This document shows, in pieces, positions 53,714-56,226 of a DNA stretch of 56,226 nucleotides; positions within the stretch are counted from its first letter, which is position 1; each line of letters starts with the position of its first letter. Origin of the DNA: a virus. The translations under genes and the position numbers were made by a program. The DNA lies in IMG/VR virus record IMGVR_UViG_3300045988_142515, positions 1 through 56,226 of that record. One strand, given 5' to 3'. The notes under the pieces were generated by a model. The model made no database searches, was not told the origin of the DNA, and saw only the letters and a program-made list of their open reading frames with translations.

Positions 53714-54361
53714 ATGAAGCCACTGCTAAAGGGCAGCACCCCAGACGCCCTGTTCCGATCCTCTCAGCGGAGGGTTGCGGAGCTGTCCAAAGCCCTCCAG
53801 GACGCCTACACCTGGTCTTACACCTCCGGCAAGCTGGACGAACTGGATTCGATCCTGCGGGAAGCCTGCGTCCCGATCCCGCAGGAAATCGTTACCCGGA
53901 ACCGGATGATCCAGGTCTGGGAGGAGGGCTGCGAGCGGTTCCCGGCGGAGTTCCGCGCACAGTCGGACGGCCCTGCCTCGGAGATCTCGTGGATGCTCCA
54001 CTACGCCTCCCTCATGCGTGATGCGCGCGCCGCGGGCGCCTGCCTTGCCCGATCCTGGCTGTGGTACCTAGCCATCTCCGCGTCCAGGCTCCTTCCCGAG
54101 GACTTCGACGTTCTCCCCCGCGCCCTGGAGGAGTACTCCCGGGCCGCCCGCAAGCACCCCGGCATGACGTTGGAGTGCGACGGCCACACCGACGCCACCC
54201 GCCTGTTCGCCCTCGTCGAGGAGATCGGCGAGGTCGCGGCCTGTCTGACCTACGACAACGATGCTGAGACTGGTCACGGCTCGGACCTGGAGTCCGAGGT
54301 GGTCCAGGTCATCGCCCTGGCGCTGGCCTGGGCTACTCGTTACCTGAAGGACGGTGAGTGA
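53714..54361 (+). CDS. MazG-like nucleotide pyrophosphohydrolase paralog 1 with N-terminal extension (215 aa)
   Basis: RBS aggagacgcc. KHPGMTLECDGHTDATRLFALVEEIGEVAACLTYDN...LESEVVQVIALALAW fits the phage MazG pattern. Confidence 0.7.
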   Translation: MKPLLKGSTPDALFRSSQRRVAELSKALQDAYTWSYTSGKLDELDSILREACVPIPQEIVTRNRMIQVWEEGCERFPAEFRAQSDGPASEISWMLHYASLMRDARAAGACLARSWLWYLAISASRLLPEDFDVLPRALEEYSRAARKHPGMTLECDGHTDATRLFALVEEIGEVAACLTYDNDAETGHGSDLESEVVQVIALALAWATRYLKDGE

Positions 54362-54362
54362 G

Positions 54363-54572
54363 ATGGACGTCGAAGTAGGGCACCTCCCGAACCATTACAA
54401 GCTAGGTGTCGCCTACTGCGGAGGTCCGCCGATAGGGTCCGTAGAGAAGGTAGTCATGAGTGAGCCGGACTCTGACCGATTGGGGCCATACATCCGAAAG
54501 GCCTTACGGGACTCATTCTGGGTCAAGCTGTCGGTCGAGAACCCATCCGGACCTGAGGAGGCGGGGTGCTGA
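54363..54572 (+). CDS. hypothetical protein (69 aa)
   Basis: ORF track 54354..54572. GC3 about 70% by hand count. An antisense ORF competes with it. Confidence 0.35.
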   Translation: MDVEVGHLPNHYKLGVAYCGGPPIGSVEKVVMSEPDSDRLGPYIRKALRDSFWVKLSVENPSGPEEAGC

Positions 54573-54952
54573 ATGTAGTCCCTCAGATCACTGGAATCTT
54601 CGTAGCCAGGCACCTGAAGATCAGCTACTCGGCCGGACTCGATCTTGCGTATATCGCGTTTTGGAGCGACTTTCGAATTGATAGGGACACCTCCAACAGG
54701 CGGGGAGAGCGCGGTCGAAGGATGTTGTTCCTGAGGGCTAAAGGATTCACGATCCGCCTGAAGAGGCTGCACGACCGCCTCGAGGTGCGGACTCGCCGAG
54801 ACGGGCAGGCGCCCGAGGTGATCCGGGACCTTCGAGACATGCGTGAGGTGCTGAACAAGGTCCGGAGCATGGCCGAGAACTATCAACGCTCCCGCTTGGC
54901 GTGGTGGGCGGTAGTGCCTATCAATCAGTATCGATTCATTCAATTCCTATAG
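54566..54952 (+). CDS. hypothetical basic protein (128 aa) in a lower-GC patch
   Basis: GTGCTGA start/stop coupling. Co-oriented with its neighbours. Coding signal is weak. Confidence 0.3.
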   Translation: MLNVVPQITGIFVARHLKISYSAGLDLAYIAFWSDFRIDRDTSNRRGERGRRMLFLRAKGFTIRLKRLHDRLEVRTRRDGQAPEVIRDLRDMREVLNKVRSMAENYQRSRLAWWAVVPINQYRFIQFL

Positions 54953-54961
54953 GAGACACCT

Positions 54962-55444
54962 ATGACATCAATCAATGACGTTGCCGACCTCCCCAAGCGC
55001 CTGGAGGCGTGGGCCGGTGGGAAGGGCTACCGCAAGGCCTTCGGGATCGACGCTGAGCGCGCGATGGCCGACGACCTTCGCAAGCTTCTCTCCCTGGCCG
55101 TCCAGCAGGCAAAGGCCCTGGAGGACACGCGGGAGCAGGTTCACTTCCTGGAAAAGCGCCTCCCGACCTCGCAGACCGACGCCTATGAGTCTGAGCCCTC
55201 GGCCGATGATCCCCTGGAAGAGGCCGCACGCCTCGACCGCAAGGCACGCCGGGACGCGAAGTTGGCCCGCGCGGTCCTCCAGCAGGAGGTCCTGGCCGCC
55301 TACTCACGCGGCATCTCCAAGTCGGCTCTCAGCCAGGTCTCCGGCATGACTCGCCAGACCGTGGACCGCGTCCTCGGTGAGTGGAAGCGCAAGCCCCCGA
55401 AGATCGCCGGACGGGAGGATGAGGCGCCTCTCACACTGATCTGA
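54962..55444 (+). CDS. HTH DNA-binding protein (160 aa)
   Basis: RBS aggagacacct. C-terminal HTH ISKSALSQVSGMTRQTVDRVL. Confidence 0.65.
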   Translation: MTSINDVADLPKRLEAWAGGKGYRKAFGIDAERAMADDLRKLLSLAVQQAKALEDTREQVHFLEKRLPTSQTDAYESEPSADDPLEEAARLDRKARRDAKLARAVLQQEVLAAYSRGISKSALSQVSGMTRQTVDRVLGEWKRKPPKIAGREDEAPLTLI

Positions 55445-55455
55445 CCGCTGCGGGC

Positions 55456-55484
55456 TTGCTCTGGGACGTATGCCGGCATACGCT
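55456..55484 (+). promoter_or_regulatory. promoter GGCTTGCTC, 17-nt spacer, TACGCT, with GTATG-N4-CATAC, inside a ~49-bp imperfect palindrome
   Basis: gcgggcttgctctgggacgtatgccggcatacgcttagggcaagcccgc. Confidence 0.55.
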
Positions 55485-55521
55485 TAGGGCAAGCCCGCAC
55501 CCCAACTGCTAGCGAGGAACC

Positions 55522-55782
55522 ATGAGCACAGAAACCTCAACCACCAAGACCCTGGGGAACCGCGCCCCCCAGCACCCTCAGGCGCGAATCAAGCCCCTCG
55601 ACGCCGACACCCTGCACGAGGCCCACACGTGCCTCGTCTACGAGGGAGGCCGGCCCGTCGCCCAGCTGAAGCGCTGCGGCCAGCGATGCTGGTGCGTCTA
55701 CCCGGCAGGGGCGACGATCCCCGCCACGTTCGGCGCTTCCGCGCTGGAGGCTGCGACGGCGTGGATGAGCTCCCGAGACTGA
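55522..55782 (+). CDS. hypothetical protein (86 aa)
   Basis: ORF track. RBS gcgaggaacc. Confidence 0.6.
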   Translation: MSTETSTTKTLGNRAPQHPQARIKPLDADTLHEAHTCLVYEGGRPVAQLKRCGQRCWCVYPAGATIPATFGASALEAATAWMSSRD

Positions 55783-55823
55783 ATGCTTCGTACCCCGACC
55801 CGCGCCTACCAGAAGGAGCACCA

Positions 55824-56226
55824 ATGGCCATGAACATAGTTCCGGATTTTGTTCGAGATATATCCACCCCGGGAGATAAGCCCTTCGACGTACTTCGCTA
55901 CTGGCACCGCAGCCTCATCCACATCGCCACGGCGATGCACGACCGCGAGGTCACTTACGGAGTACTGGGCCTGGGGCCCGGGAACGGCGCCCACTTACGA
56001 TGGATGGCCAGAGACGCGGCCAAACTCCTCATTCGCCTAGGAGTGGATGATCCTGCCGCGGCGTTCCAGGCGGAGTACGCCCGCGCCGCCATCAAGCATC
56101 CGGGCATGACGTTGGACTGTGACGGTCACACGGACGAGACCCGGTTCTACGCGCTCGCTGAGGAGGTGGGGGAGGTCGCCGCCTCCCTCACCTACGACAA
56201 CGCCAACAGCACCGGCCACGGGGCCG
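55824..56226 (+). CDS. MazG-like nucleotide pyrophosphohydrolase paralog 2, N-terminal part (continues at nt 49..128 after the junction)
   Basis: ATG 55824 after aaggagcacca. ...IKHPGMTLDCDGHTDETRFYALAEEVGEVAASLTYDN. The ORF is open to the window end. Confidence 0.7.
   Translation, partial: MAMNIVPDFVRDISTPGDKPFDVLRYWHRSLIHIATAMHDREVTYGVLGLGPGNGAHLRWMARDAAKLLIRLGVDDPAAAFQAEYARAAIKHPGMTLDCDGHTDETRFYALAEEVGEVAASLTYDNANSTGHGA

Noticed and set aside
54413-54943. 176-aa minus-strand ORF in the low-GC patch
   Set aside because: Pro/Ser-rich, non-globular translation with a weak RBS. It would overlap two co-oriented + strand ORFs that are translationally coupled. Not excluded; see the corresponding finding.
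1-56226. Search by eye for tRNA, tmRNA, rRNA, integrase, repressor/Cro pair, DNA methyltransferase, reverse transcriptase
   Set aside because: No T-loop (GGTTCGAATCC-like) or acceptor-stem patterns were found in the intergenic regions. No tyrosine or serine recombinase, methyltransferase or RT motifs were found in any ORF. The absence is provisional until tRNAscan-SE/Infernal and profile searches are run.

Overview
The window is one complete, circularly closed, high-GC phage genome. Nt 1-48 are identical to nt 56179-56226, which gives a unit length of 56178 bp. Gene content looks like a siphovirus-type actinobacteriophage, and host assignment is inference only. Almost all genes are on the + strand. 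Going round the circle: small and large terminase (51255-53644); then a ~9.8 kb accessory island that crosses the junction, with two MazG-like paralogs, HTH proteins, three tandem small paralogs, a DUF3310 protein, membrane proteins, and a minus-strand two-gene cassette flanked by large non-coding tracts. Next come portal (7307), a MuF/protease fusion, the capsid operon, head-tail connectors, tail chaperones with a -1 frameshift, tape measure and minor tail/fibre genes (to 27383). After that: a three-domain endolysin, a holin, and a fibre-like protein with a putative glycoside-hydrolase domain. A minus-strand HTH-metallophosphoesterase gene is interrupted by a LAGLIDADG intein (32932-35085). 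The replication/recombination module follows (35250-51020): PolA, a PrimPol-helicase, an SNF2 helicase, a Cas4/RecB-like nuclease, a Sak4-like ATPase, a DUF669 SSB-like protein, VRR-NUC and SWIM proteins. I found no integrase, tRNA, rRNA or CRISPR array. The most unusual features are: (1) a class-3-type (Ala1/WCT) intein at the active site of the phosphoesterase; (2) about 4.5 kb of non-coding DNA in four blocks (3430-4984, 6094-6791, 38271-38565, 39058-41039), carrying long palindromes, iterons, tandem repeats and motif families shared between distant blocks, including a 113-nt element and a hairpin family with one loop and three different stems; (3) a genome-wide promoter/operator architecture (GGCTTGC -35, a -10 overlapping a GTATG-N4/5-CATAC palindrome, often leaderless). 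Every functional call comes from reading motifs by eye, with no database search.
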